DNA of 64,000 nucleotides, taken from Amphiscolops sp. MND2022 (lineage: Eukaryota). Position numbers and translations under genes: made by a program. Positions 1-12,519 of the stretch are shown here, one piece after another (within the stretch, counting starts at the first letter, position 1; every line of letters begins with the position of its first letter). The stretch spans positions 2,170,001-2,234,000 of the forward strand of contig OZ076409.1 of NCBI GenBank assembly GCA_964187785.1, read 5' to 3'. The notes below the pieces were generated by a model. That model had not been told where the DNA came from. It saw only the letters and a program-made list of their open reading frames with translations, and did not search any database.

Positions 1-119
1 TAAAGTTGTCTTAGTTCACCTTTCGTTCCCGAGTCTTCGTTTGGGTCGGATCTGAGGACAGGGGGGGTTCGGTTCTGTGGACATAAGACAATCTTTACTC
101 TCCAACCAATTTAACATTC

Positions 120-690
120 GGCGCTATGATATACCACCTGAGCGTGGTGACATGGTGCTAAATCAGGCCAAAAGTTACAATTGTATCAGCCTTTGCAAAT
201 AGTATCCATTAATGGTTTTAAAAAAGTCCTAAAACTTCTTTTATAGCGTGTTTTGTTTATCTAATCGCAACTTTCATTAATAAAATTTCACTAATGCCTG
301 CTTACGAAATTGCAACCCAGGCCAAAGCATTGGGTTCAAAGTTTTGTTTTCCATAAAACTTTGTTTCGTTTGCAGTTTGGTCCTCGTGGAAGGTGTAGAA
401 TCCTTAATTGGTTGGGAAAGTTGGAACAAGACAAGGTAAAATAAGACTCATCGTCGACCACCAACATTTCAACATTTTTTTCAAGAACCTTGATTGTGCT
501 AGTTTCAATGCTCGTTTCTCTCGCTGTTCCCGTGAGGTCTTTGCAACGCGGCTTCTTTTCCGACATCTAATATTCAGTTTTTTGATTGAGCGATTTCTGG
601 TGGAAATTTTGTGTGTTTCTGCCAATTTTCTCTGAGATTTTACAACTCTGAGAATACTAAATTTCATGAAGTGAAACGCGACTATTAAAG
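120..690 (-). pseudogene. Decayed IS630/Tc1/mariner transposase fragment
   Basis: VVDDESYF (first catalytic Asp) near 440-465 and WPDLAPCHHA (second Asp) near 140-170; frameshifted. Confidence 0.7.
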
Positions 691-694
691 TGAC

Positions 695-2430
695 TTTTTA
701 GTCGGCGCTTCATGAAGTGAAACGCGACTATTATAGTGACTCTTTTTTTTCCTATCCACACGAACTGACCAAAATAGTTCTTAAAAGTTCTACAAAATAT
801 TATGGTGTCAAATAGCACCATTTGGCCTAGCGAACTGGACCAAAATGGTTTTACCTGTTTTTCCGCGTAACATATCATACCGGGCGAGACCAAAGAGTCT
901 CCCCTTTCAATTTTTTCGGCACTGCGAGACATTTTTTTCGGAAATTTTTCCCCCTGCAATTTTTTGATGTTTTGCGACAGAATGGATGTTGGAAAATCCC
1001 GAAGGGTCCCCCCCTTTCAGTTTTTTTCGGCATTGTGAGATTTTTCCCGAAAATATTTTTTTTTCAATTTTTTCATGTTTTGCGACAGAATGGATGTTCC
1101 AAAAACCTCAAAGGGTTTTTCGGTCCATTTTTTTGAGTATGTAATATTTTCGAAAAAAAATTTTTTCGAAAAATTTTCGATTTTCGAGTACTGTAAAAGA
1201 GAATACTTGACACTTGACACAAAATTAATAGAAATTTGTAAAATCTGGCATTTCGTCGGTCTTAAAAAATATCCACTACTATAGTCTGCTCTTTTCAAGA
1301 AAGCGCCAACTAAAAAAACTTACCACTGTAGGAGTCGTGGTCGTTTTTTCCAAGAAGCGCGGACTAAAAATTATAATTTGTTTAGAAGTTATCCAAAGGA
1401 TGGAAACAACCCCGGAGTGAATCAGTGGCTTTCCATGAACTATCCACCTCGACCTTATTGATGACCGGTTCGGTATTCATGATATTTTACGCTGCGGTCA
1501 CTTGTGGGACCAATCCATTCGTACTAGTTTCCGAGTTTCCGCAACTTTGGTTTCCAATCTTGAGTTGACAATATAATTACCACGATTGATGAAAACTGCC
1601 CATATAAGGGTATCATTGAATTCTGAGTGATCGACGCGTCGAACGACCATCGATTGATAGCTCGTCCGACTACAGCAATGTTTTTTAGTCGGCGCTTCAT
1701 GAAGTGAAAGGCGACCATTATAGTGACTCTTTTTTTTCTATCCACACGAACTGACCAAAATAGTTCTTAAAGTTCTATAAAACATTATTGCACCATTTGG
1801 CCTAGCGAACTGAACCACAAAGGTTTTTCCGCGTAATTACCATACCGGGCAAGACCAAAGGGTCCCCCCTTTCAGTTTTTTCGGCACTGTGAGACTTTTT
1901 TCCGGAAAATTTTTCCCCCAAAGGGCCCGGCCCCCTTTCAACTTTTTTGCTGTTTTGCGACAGAATCTATGTTGAAAAATCACAAGGGGTCCCCCCTTTC
2001 AGTTTTCGGCATTGAGATTTTTTTCCGAAAATAAAAATTTTCCCTCCTTCAATTTTTTGATGTTTTGCGACAGAATGGATGTTGAAAAACCCCAAAAGGG
2101 TCCCCCTTTCAGTTTTTCGGCATTATGAGACTTTTTTCTATTTTTTCTCCAAAGAGTCCCCCCTTCAATTTCACAACAGAATGGGTGTTTAAAAATCCCA
2201 AAGGGTCCCCCTTTCAGTTTTTCGGCATTGTGAGACTTTTAGAAAATTTGTTTTTTCTCCAAAGGGTCCCCCCTCCAACTGTGACAAAAATGTTGACAAC
2301 GTCTAGCGCGCCACTCGGTCCATTGTTTTGGATTTTCGATTTTCGAGTACTGTAAATTGACACTTGGAAGTCCTTTTGCTATTTTTGAGCCTTGGATATG
2401 GCGCCGACTTGGGCCGGTCCCGGCTTGTTG
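695..2430 (+). mobile_element. Composite Helentron/DINE-like non-autonomous elements (family A)
   Basis: Starts ttttagtcggcgc at ~697 and ~1683. End ggcgccgact followed by hairpin gggccggtcccggc and ttgtt at ~2400-2430. Internal degenerate 'aagggtcccccctttcag' repeats. Confidence 0.65.
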
Positions 2431-2965
2431 TTTTTACCACCTTTCAGTAGCAGACAAGCTTCGTCTTCACAGTTTTCCAATTTTCTCCTTGTGCGATTCA
2501 TAGTTGATGTAGAAACTCCCAAAAGTTTGAGGTAGTTGGTGATCATCTTTTCTTTTTATGTCTTGATTTCTGCTTAAAAATTCTTCTAGGAGGTTTCGAT
2601 TAGAGAGTTCTTTGGATGGATTCATCGAGAACGGCTGAAGGAAATTGAACGCGAATCTAAGTTTCCGGAAATCAGAGCTTCCAGTTGGTATGAAAAAAGC
2701 TGAAATTCATAAAACTTGATTTTAAAAATGTTGTCAAGTTTGCCGTAACAGACTGTAACCAAAATGAAAGCCCACTACCAGACCTTTCAAACGCCGCGCC
2801 ATAGTTTATTCTCTGGTATGCGTAGTAGTGGAAATACTAATATTTAAAATTTTTAATCAGATTTTTCAAAAATTTGCAAAAACGCCCAGGTCAATTAGGG
2901 TTAAGACAAAAAACTTCTAGAGGAAAAATGCTCAAAAACGTTGAAAAGTTCCCATTGAAACTGAC

Positions 2966-3199
2966 CTGGGGTCAACGAAAGAGGTGCTGGCTGACACGCC
3001 CTGGGAGGCGACGCTGTCTGCTCGGGTGAACTCGTTGGAGCACTTGTACCGGATGTTGTTGTAGGCGGAAGCAGAAGCGGTCACCTTGGAGGTCGTGGAG
3101 GACGCATTGGCCCCAGTGGCAACAGAGGCAATCTCAGGGATAGATTTCCTCCTCGGGGGAGTGTTCTGTACTGCTGTTTGGTCCGAACTGCTCCCGCCG
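2966..3199 (-). CDS. fry: furry/FRY-like exon (low-complexity, Ser-rich)
   Basis: GC-rich open frame of 234 bp, phase 2 to 2. Acceptor gctatag, donor CAG|gtcagt. Phase matches the upstream exon. Confidence 0.7.
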
Positions 3200-3209
3200 C
3201 TATAGCAAA

Positions 3210-3697
3210 AACAAGACGAGAACGTCTAAAGTCGGCGCTACATCTAAGGCTCAAAAAGCGCAAAACATTTTTTTGGAAAAAACTTGAAATTTTTGAAAAA
3301 AAATTCTTTCAAAAAAAGTAGCACAGTGCCGAAAAATGTAAAAGGGGGACCCTTCTCGATTTATTAACATACATTTCTATGAAAAATATCAAAAAACTCG
3401 AAGGGGGACCCTTTGGGGACATTTAAAAATTTTCGAAAAGTCGCACAGTGCCGAAAAAATCCAAGGGGGGACCCTTTAGGCACGTCCGGGTTTGTAGGTA
3501 ACGTTTAAAAAGTAAAAAACCAAAGGGGGGACCCTTTGGAATAACTTAGATGCGTTTCCGGGGTATTCGTTTAGTTTCCTTTAGTTGAAGATCCTGAACG
3601 TTAACGTTCGTCGCTTCGAGTCTGTCTTTAAAAAAAGAAAAAAACGAGTGACTATAATAGTCGGGGGCTCTTTTATTAATAAAAGCGCCGACTAATA
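3210..3697 (-). mobile_element. Helentron/DINE-like non-autonomous element (family A)
   Basis: Subterminal inverted repeat agtcggcgc/gcgccgact, 3' hairpin agacg-ttct-cgtct, T-rich flanks, no TSD. Confidence 0.7.
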
Positions 3698-4683
3698 AAA
3701 GAGGGGTTGCAAATAACAATCGAAAGAGTAAAAAATTTAGCATTCGATGAATTACTCCAAATGACGAAGTGCGAATCCATAGCAAAACAACTCAATTTTA
3801 GTCGACGATTTCGATAGGAAACGCCGACAATAGTAGTGACGTTAAGTTTTTTAAGTTTCTTTGCTTTCTTGCCTGCAAGAAGGCCGCGCAGGAGAGGTAG
3901 GAGCAAAAAAAACCCTCTAGGGATTTTTTAAGGCACAGTGCGACTTTTTCTAATTTGAGCGAAGTCAAACCTTTGATCATATCAAGATGTGCAAACTTTG
4001 AAAAATTAGCCCCCGATCGGGTTTGAACCCACCACAATGGGCTTGGAGAGCGCGCATCCTAACCACTAGACCAAGTAGCGCCGTGAACAGACGACTCAGT
4101 TCGAAAAGTGGACCATTAAGTGAGAGGTCTGTGGTGTGACAAAAAACTTACTATCGTTACCAAAATTACTGACTAAAACAAAAGAACGTCGCGTCATCAG
4201 TTTGAACTCCTCAATTTCAATTGGATATGAAATTAAGTCACATAGATAACCACTTCGATGTTTTTAAACGCTTTTTTAAACTGTTTAGATTTTCAAACTC
4301 TGTTCATTTGTTTCGAGGTTGTCACATTTTGGATCGAAAACGCTTTCAAGACAGAAAACTTTCAAGAAAAATGCTCAAAAGAGCTCACACTCATAAGAGA
4401 GTGATATGAAATCAAGTCACATAAAACCGAAAGTTGGCTCCACAAAAATGATATTCCAAAATCATATGAACAATACAAGCCACCATCAAATATAAGATAA
4501 ATGCATTGCTTGTGGATACATATAAGCCGATAAATATGGATATAAGCCGCGGCCTATATTCTGCGAAATGAACAAGGTGATCGTTTGGACTTTCATAGAG
4601 TGAGTGCGGGAGGGGGGGTTTGGGGTTTAAATTATTAGCCGCGGCTTATATTCTAATAAGAAGTGAACATAATTGATTCCTAC

Positions 4684-4875
4684 CTGCTCTGTGCAGACTG
4701 GCCTGCAGTCACCCCAGAGGAGACGCCGGTGCCCCCCGAACTGGAGCAGGAGACGGATTTGGAGATGGAGGGGAAGTGAAGCAGGTGCTGGTTCGAGTGG
4801 GGAGAGCTGCACCCTCCGATGGGTGGGATGGGGAAGGTGTAGGTGAAGGATAGGGTGCGGCCCGGGATCTGACGC
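4684..4875 (-). CDS. fry: furry/FRY-like exon
   Basis: RQIPGRTLSFTY resembles furry KELPGKTLDFHF. 192 bp, phase 2 to 2, donor AG|gtagga. Confidence 0.85.
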
Positions 4876-5056
4876 CTGCTCATCACAAACCAGACACATA
4901 ATACATCACAAATGCTCTGGCTATAGTTGGTGTATAAATGGTTTAGTACTTCAACATTTCCTTTCAACATCTACTTTTTTCTAAGGCCTGTAAAAACTCT
5001 AAAAGTGAACTATATTTTCCAATTTCAGATGTAAACCTTTATATGGATTGAATTGA

Positions 5057-5343
5057 AAAAGGTTTGATAAAAAAGTGGCCTATTTAAACTCTTATTTCGA
5101 CGTTTCGTCAACCTTCTGTAGACCTTATCAAGATCTAAAAAAAATTGACAGGACTTACAGGCAAACAGGAAAAGGACCAAATTTTAGACTTTTGATTCTT
5201 CTATTTTTTTGTCATTTCTGGTGCTTTTCTGTTTACCTGTAAATTCTGTCAATTTTCTTTTTAGATCTTGATAATGTCAACAGAAGGTTGACTAAACTTT
5301 GAAATAAGAGTTTAAATCAGCCACTTTCTTATCAAACCTTTTT
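5057..5343. repeat. ~290 bp imperfect foldback palindrome
   Basis: 5057-5140 is an imperfect reverse complement of 5258-5343, and the inner sequence is also inverted. Confidence 0.85.
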
Positions 5344-7058
5344 ATGCACGACGGGTTTCTGGAGCATGCTTCAACTCTTGATGACTATAGGTAGGAGCAG
5401 AATACCACGTGCTAAACACGAATACTTTTTGACCTTCCAGGTTGAATGAACATTCGCTGAACAATTTTGTGAGTTTAATCCAAAATTGTCTAAAAACCCT
5501 TCTCTTCTGAATGGTCCGGGCAGCAACCCCACCAAAATTTCGCGGGCGACGGGCAGGGTCCTGTATGCCCGCATCTATGACGAAGAAACAACATATGGAA
5601 ATGGGGAAATTATGAAAAAACAATGAAAATACATCACTTTTCAAAAATCGAATTGGATGAAATTTTGCATAGCCCTCGAGGAAAGGACGCTTAACAAACC
5701 CGTAGGGAAAATTTTTTCTGGCTATAGAATTTAAAGGTGACTTTTTACCATTTTTGTGTTATTTTGTTACGTTTCTTATGTTTTTTTTGATTTTTTTGCA
5801 GGGCATCCTAGCGATTTTGGTTGCTTTTACGTTGTGTTGCAGCATCTAAAAATAAATCTGCTGAGAAATTTTGGTTGCAACAGGATCACCTCCTTCCGAG
5901 ATAGACAGCCCCTCCAATTTGACCCCCCAAATTCGGAAAAATGCCAATTATGCGCATGAAGCCGTGGATTTAGCGTGCTCGCACGTCGCTGAAGTTTTGT
6001 TGGGCGGAATGAGGTGAATCAGGTGACATGTGTCGTTTTAACCCCCCAACCCCCTGAGACCGTTTTCAGAGCGACTATCAGGGAATCAAAGTTGAAGTAC
6101 TACCTGTGCGCAACTTAGTGAACACAGGTTGGCCATTAGTGGGTCCCGCAGTGGTAGGAAAAAGCGTCTAAGCTCCCTTTTTGACGTTTTTTGACATTTC
6201 ATCATTGAATTCGATTCCCCATATTAAGATCACGTTTCAGTCGCGTAATTCCTATGAATTAGTAGAAAGAACGGCAAATTAACAGGGGACCCTTAAGTGA
6301 CACTAGCACAGACCGGAAGTAACCCACTCGTTAACCGGATGTTACCCGTTTTGACAGGAAAATGTCCCAAAAAGAAAACAAAAGTAAATTTTTGGTGGTT
6401 TTTTGTGTCAATGACTTCACATATTTCCGAACGTTAGGGTGCTAAGTTCAGTCTATCTTACTTACTGGATTTTGAATGGTTGTACATTGGTCACCTTTAT
6501 CACCCCCGATAGCCTTCCAAATTGACCTCGTGTCAATCTTGAAGGCTATCTTTACTGAAAAAGATAATAAAAACAGGTTGGAGCCTTCGTTCGTGTAGAT
6601 GTTTTTTCTTTCGAATTATCACTTCAATGCACCGAGACCTTTTTTTCAACCTAACCGCTCTAAACTAATTCCAGATTGTATAGAGACACCAAACGGTCTA
6701 GTGCCGTTCGTAATTTGCACTATGGCGGCTTCAGTTGACGCCACAAACTGTCACCAGCGCCCACCGTCCGTAGGCATGCCTTTCGACAACGTATGCCGAA
6801 TCCATCCTACCGGCGCCCGCGCTTCCCTAGGTTCTATCTAGTTTTCAGCTTAGGTCACCTACTTGTTTCCCCAGGGCAGAAGCTCCAAGAGGTGCAACAC
6901 CATTTTTCTGTCCTTATTGGATACATTCATTCAACCTGGAGTTTCAAGTTATCTATATGTTTTTGTGCTAACTTGCTTGTAGTCAATGAAATATTTTTTT
7001 CTTTTCTTCAAATACATTGAAATAGTGAATGAGTGAAAGAGTAGAGATGAGAGCATTC

Positions 7059-7139
7059 CTGTAAATGACAGCTTCCTCAAGGGTAGAACTCAATTGTTGC
7101 ACTCTCCTTTGGCTAGAGGTTGGCGAACAAAGAGTGGAA
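7059..7139 (-). CDS. fry: furry/FRY-like small exon
   Basis: Acceptor gtgttag. The join gives VTCSSTLCSP, resembling furry VSRSASLVLP. 81 bp, phase 2 to 2 if the donor is CAG|gaatgc; the 3' end is uncertain. Confidence 0.65.
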
Positions 7140-7890
7140 CTAACACAAGCACGAACAATGACCAATGAATTATTATTTCAGCAAAGACACGTCGTCAACG
7201 TCTTCAGAATTTCTCTCAAACATTAAGGCAAAACTCCGACTATGGAATAAAAAAACTAAACAATATTCAAGAAAGGCAATCAATGATTCGAAAAAAAGTT
7301 CCCCTGTTGTTTATGAATTTAAATTTCTTTCTGAAGAGAGTATCAGAAAGTTTGTGTCTTGAAACATTGTCTGTTTTGTCGCCCTCCATACCAACGACGA
7401 AGTTCATTCGAGTCTAATGTATGATGAACAAAAGAGTGTTCATCTTTGTTTTCAATCTACTCAATAAATGTGGGAATTGAAAAATTGTTGACTCATCACA
7501 TTGTATTGTACGAAACATATGCCATGATAGTGGCGACTTTTTGTCTGTTTCTTGTTGAAACATTTTTCAGTGCAGTCAACGTGGCCAAAAAACATTTACC
7601 ACGAGTTCAAAATGTTCGGCATATTATACAGAGAACATCTAAATGGAAACCTTCGGAACTCTGTATATTGCGTTTGGTTGCTTTTTTTCGATTTGTTTTT
7701 CTCATTTCACCAAAGAATTCCTCTGAAACTTTTTCACACTTTTTGATGTTTTCATTAAGATATCACTTCAGATATTTTTCGGTACTGTGAGATTTTAAAA
7801 TAATTGTAAATATTTGCCTTTGAGCGCATATAAATCACACTTAGCGCTATACAAGCGTTAAGCGGGCGCCGACTTGAATCGTTCTCGTCT

Positions 7891-8434
7891 TGTTAGTCGG
7901 CGTCTTCGAAGAAAAATCACGACTCTTACAGTAATTAGTTTTTTTCGTCAGTTCAACGCGATCGGTCCACTTTTTTGTTCATTTGTTCAACTTCTCGGCC
8001 GACTAATTTTCTGGAGTCTGAGAAGCAAGAGAGCGTGGGTTCGAGTCTCGCACTAAACCACAACCTTTTCTATGCTTCCAAAAGTTGAGGGGAGACCAAA
8101 GGGTCCCCCCTTTGGGGTTTTTCGGCACTATGCTACTTTTTTCGGAAAATTTTTGAATTCTATCGAAGGGTACTTCCTTGAATTTTTTTGAAGCTTTCGG
8201 TTTGTAAAAAAACGTTTAATGAGCCTAAAGTGACTTTTTTACCAAATAATTTTATTGAAAAAAATTCCAAAGGCAAATGCTTCCATGTCAGAAAAAAAGC
8301 TGTTTTCGAGTTTCGGAGAAAACCCTTCCGGGTATTTTTCGGCACTGTAAGATAATTGAAAAATTTCACAATAGTTGTTCCTTGAATATTTTGAGCCTTA
8401 GATAGGCGCCGACTTGGTCCGCTCCCGGTTTGTT
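7891..8434 (+). mobile_element. Helentron/DINE-like element (family A), abutting the 3' end of another copy
   Basis: Start ttagtcggcg; end ggcgccgact...cccggtttgtt. A preceding copy ends gcgccgact...ctcgtcttgtt at ~7894. Confidence 0.6.
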
Positions 8435-8449
8435 CTTTTTTTTTTACGT

Positions 8450-8451
8450 GA

Positions 8452-8487
<36 letters not shown>

Positions 8488-8488
8488 A
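8450..8488. repeat. (AAAG)n microsatellite
   Basis: Seen directly in the sequence. Confidence 0.95.
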
Positions 8489-8511
8489 GGCGTTTGATTG
8501 GTCATTGATGC

Positions 8512-8767
8512 CTGCAAGTGACGATGAGTTTGAGAGCCGCAAGGGCGTTTTTCCACTGGGCGTTGTTCTGCAGCATGAACTTGTGCAGCAGAGTGTTGAC
8601 GGTGGTGGCGTTGAACTTCTCCTTGGGCAATCTCTGCAGGTCTATGATCTGGATGAAACTGGAGACCATGTGCAGCAGACAGTCGTGGTAGTTAGGGGGT
8701 CCTCGCTCCAGCAACTGACTCAGGTACGTGATCAGCGAGAACAGCTTCGCGTTCGGAACGGCCTCGC
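8512..8767 (-). CDS. fry: furry/FRY-like exon
   Basis: LITYLSQLLERG...WKNALAALKLIVT resembles furry MVTYLAELLEKG...WREALNILKLVVS. 256 bp, phase 1 to 2, GC donor. Confidence 0.9.
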
Positions 8768-9058
8768 CTGTTAGTGGTTGGTTGTGTGTTAGTAGGGCCA
8801 GCCTTGCTTGTCAGCCCTATATCCGACTAACATTAATCATCAAACTTGTTTTACAAAATAGTTAGATGGTGGGTTTTCGGCACTGTGGGATTTTTGGTTT
8901 ACGAAATCTTTTTTGAAAAGCGCCGAAACTAGAAATTACCATGCATGAAAGACTAAATTTATGCAGGCTTATGACCCAGAATAATTCTGAATTGCCATAT
9001 TCAAACCTCCCAGCAGATGTAGACGTTGAGATTATTGATTTTTTTTGAAAATAATGTA

Positions 9059-9241
9059 CACTAAACTCCGTTTATAACGATTACGTTTATAACGATATTC
9101 CGGTTATAGCGATAGAGTTTCACTGTCCCGGCCACGATGCTAGTATATAACGATTTTCGCCTATAACGATATTCGGATATAACGATTAAAAGACACCAAT
9201 CCCCGGGCAATCCGGGCAATCGTTATAAGCGGAGTTGAGTG
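9059..9241. mobile_element. Tc1/mariner/pogo-type MITE
   Basis: TIRs cactaaactccgtttataacg / cgttataagcggagttgagtg, TA on the left flank, internal tataacgat repeats. Confidence 0.75.
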
Positions 9242-9505
9242 CACCAAAATTCCACCAAAAAAATGGCTGTTTTATGTAAGATTGTACAATTTTTGCATGA
9301 TTTTATCGGCATGAATATTCAAATCGCTCGTCATAAACCACTATTTTCTCTCGAAAAACTTCATTTAAATCTACTGAAGTTTTCAAAAAAAATCCGCGTG
9401 AAGTTTCGGCACTATTGGTCACCGCTAATCATTCTCTAATTATCTTTTTGATACTATACTTTCAGACCATAATAATATTGTTTGTGTTGACAAGTCAAGC
9501 CCTGC

Positions 9506-9758
9506 CTAGATATTTGCAGACAGCGGCTAGCCAGGAGACACTGTCCTTGACGTGAGACTGCCGGTTGTACATGCGCATAACAGTGGCCAGATTGTTCCAG
9601 GCGGCCGCCATCACTGCACTGGGCGCCGCAGTGGCACTGCCCAAAGAGATGGAATCCTCGTCCCGCTGTTGTTGTTGCTCCATCGACACTATCGACGCCG
9701 ATGTTTGGGGTCTGCTCTGTGCAGAGGCTGCAACCACCTCGGCTGCCTTCAGACACTC
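9506..9758 (-). CDS. fry: furry/FRY-like exon
   Basis: NLATVMRMYNRQSHVKDSVSWLAAVCKYL resembles furry [29 protein letters not shown]. 253 bp, phase 0 to 1, GC donor required by frame. Confidence 0.88.
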
Positions 9759-9844
9759 CTGAAATGACGTCATGTCAAACGCTATTGCCATGTTTTCTGT
9801 TAATTTGGTTTGTTTCACTCTTCACTAATTCAACGAGTTTCCAT

Positions 9845-10635
9845 CAGGGGTGTTCATTATTTTATTGTAATATATTGACCCAAAATATTCAATATATTTA
9901 TATATAAGCCTTCAAAAATCAATAATTTGATTTTTCACTTCTCAAAAATCAATAATGGAAATTATTGTGGTCAAAAACAAAGTGATGAAGAAGCTTGAAT
10001 TTACAAAACTTCTTGTACATCAAAATGAGTCCAAAATGCTTTTTTTATCATCAGAAACATTTGAGACTCAAAATTGCTTGGCGAAAGTTTCTTTCTACAA
10101 ACAGTCATCATAAATTTCGCTCGACTAAAAAGTCGCTCTGCCACGTTTGAGGTAGATTTGTAAATTTTTAGATATTTACTTGGATGTTTAGATGTTTAGA
10201 TAGTTTATACAGTCAAATAGTTCGAGAGTTAGAGAGTTAAATAGTTAGATAAGTAGATAGTTCGATAGGTAGATAGTTAGATAGACAGATAGTTAGCTAC
10301 CTAGAATCTTAGTTAGTTAGTTAGTTAGATAGATAGTTAGATAGATAGTCAGATAGATGATTGTTAGATAGTTAGGGAGCTAGGAAGTTAGATAGTTTGA
10401 TGGTTAGATAGTTAGATAGGTAGATATTCAAAAAGATAGATTGTTAGATAGCTAGATAACTCGATAGTTATAACTCGATAGGTGGAATTCAGGGAAAATG
10501 TTACACTGCAATTAATAATTTCCTCACAGGAATACGCGCAATCAATAATTGTTGGGAAATTGAGTCGTTAAATCAATAATTGTAATTGTTAAATTGCAAT
10601 AATTAATCTTTGCAACAATTAATTGAACACCCCTG
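9845..10635. mobile_element. hAT-type MITE containing a degenerate (GATA/TAGT)n tract
   Basis: TIRs caggggtgttca / tgaacacccctg with perfect 8-bp TSD GTTTCCAT. Simple repeat at ~10190-10480. Confidence 0.9.
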
Positions 10636-11405
10636 GTTTCCATCCTGCTTTCACCGTAAACAATTAGCAATGCTTTATATTATGCTATCAAAGCTTGAAA
10701 TACCATGTTTCTTTTATCATGAGACTTGAAGTTTTTCCCTTTTAAGTTTACTGGACCGTTATTAACACTGCTAATGAGTAGAGACCGGATATTAGTTGAT
10801 TCAACTATTTTCAACTATTTTCAGCTAATTGTCCAGTTTCTAAAATTTTCAACTAAAAGCCGGTTTTCACCAGTTTATTATTCCAGTTTTCAATAATTAA
10901 CAAAGTATTCGTTTAACAAAGCAAACAAAGGTAACGCGCGCAAGAGTTATTCGTCAAGCCATTTTTGGGCTAATTTTGGCTATGTTTCTCACATCCCAGC
11001 CATACGATTTTGATGCCATTGCACATATAGGACTCTAATATGGTGTTAAATAACTGTAGAAAATTTCGTTCGAATCGTATGGACAGTTTTTGAGAAAAGC
11101 GAAAAAAGTCGAAAAATGGCTGTTTTTTGGCCATTTTTGGGCTAATTTTGGCTATGTTTCTCACATCCCAGCCATACGATTTTGATGCCTTTGCACACGC
11201 AGGGGCCCCTTTGGGTGTAGAATGACTGTGCAAAATTTTGTGAAAATCGTATGGACAGTTTTTGAGAAATTTGAAATTTTCATGAAAAGGTCGGGAGAAA
11301 AAAAAACAAAAAAAACAGCACGATTGCATAAGTAGTCGAAAATTTTTTCCGACTCCTAAAAAAAGCCTATAATGATGTTCTAAAAGGAATTTCCTAAACT
11401 TATTC

Positions 11406-12452
11406 ATGTTACCTGCTTATGTCATCACGTGTGCCAAAAACGTTTTTCGCAAAAGCCCGAAAAATCGACACTTTTTCAAAACATTCGCACCTACTCTGCC
11501 TATGCCTCCTAGGCCTGTCCCTACCAGATGGGGTACTTGGAGTACAGCTGCAACCTATTGGTCTGAGAATCTAGAAGTTTTCGCCGAGACGGTTTATCAG
11601 ATACCAGGACAATCTGAAGCACTTACAAATGTCCGAGCAATTTTCTCAAGTAACGACGTTCGCAGGCAAGTAACGAAGTAGGAGTCGCAGGCAGCTGTGA
11701 TGCATTCGATTTAATTACTAGTCCCTGGCTCAAGTCATCACGAAACTTGAAGAACGCAGGTCCCTTAAGGAAGCTGTCGGTATGGTTGAAAATTTTGCCG
11801 AATCCATCAAACATCAACCAGGGAAAGCAAAACTTGCATCTGCTTTATGCTCAAACAGAGGATATCAAAATTTGAAGGATGCTTTACGTTCATTGTCAAG
11901 TGGCGAAATTTTGCAAGATGATTGTAACACAGAAGCGAAGCGGTGCTTCGCAACACATGACGAAGACAACGATTATTTTAATATGCGTATATATATTATT
12001 TTAATCGCATGCGTATATATTCAACAGTTCAACTTTATTCAATAACGTCCTTATGGCACAGTGGTTAACACTTAGCCGCGCAATCGGGAGGCTGCAGGTT
12101 CGAATCTCTCTGGGGTTTTGGCTTTTCTCTAAAAGGCGCTTATTATGAAGTTGGCTATTGTGGAAAAAAAAACTTTCTGAGCTGGACTGCAATGCACATT
12201 GACTTCGTCATGTGCAAAAACAGGTTTTCACAGTGGTCTTTGACAGAAAGGGTGTGCATCAAGTTTGCCCCCATTGTCTCAGTCGAGGTTGAGCACAACT
12301 TCAGCGTTTATAACAATATTTTTGGTGATAGGCGCCAGCGACTTACAAAGGAAAACATCTTATCTTTTCTGTTGTTCTGCTTTTGTAACAAACATTTGCA
12401 AGACATGAAAAATTCTATTTTTTCAACTATTTCGCCGTATTTTACCAACTAA
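11406..12452 (+). pseudogene. Decayed hAT-superfamily transposase, interrupted by an insertion
   Basis: PPRPVPTRWGTW (RW motif) and APIVSVEVEHNFSVY...DRRQRLTKENI (C-terminal SxxxER(S)FS-like motif). Split by the 11925-12220 element. Confidence 0.75.
11925..12220 (-). mobile_element. Helentron-like non-autonomous element (family B) with an internal tRNA-like segment
   Basis: Subterminal inverted repeat cacatgacgaag/cttcgtcatgtg and terminal hairpin aagcgaagcggtgcttcgc. Second copy at 25235-25659. Confidence 0.7.
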
Positions 12453-12519
12453 TTTATCAACTATTTTAAACCCTAAAAATCAACTATAAAAATTTCCCCC
12501 CTAAAAATCAATCCAACTT

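Noticed and set aside
6858..6907. Additional furry exon
   Set aside because: Has AG and GT borders, but the phase-2 frame hits a stop and the other frames need weak sites. No furry similarity seen; not fully excluded.
8430..8774. Plus-strand ORFs over GC-rich islands (also 9552-9767 and 23415-23769)
   Set aside because: They are antisense shadows of furry exons.
10970..11407. 145-aa ORF
   Set aside because: F/K-rich translation of an internally duplicated non-coding repeat.
12047..12116. Functional tRNA gene
   Set aside because: Acceptor and anticodon stems pair poorly and the segment lies inside a dispersed repeat.
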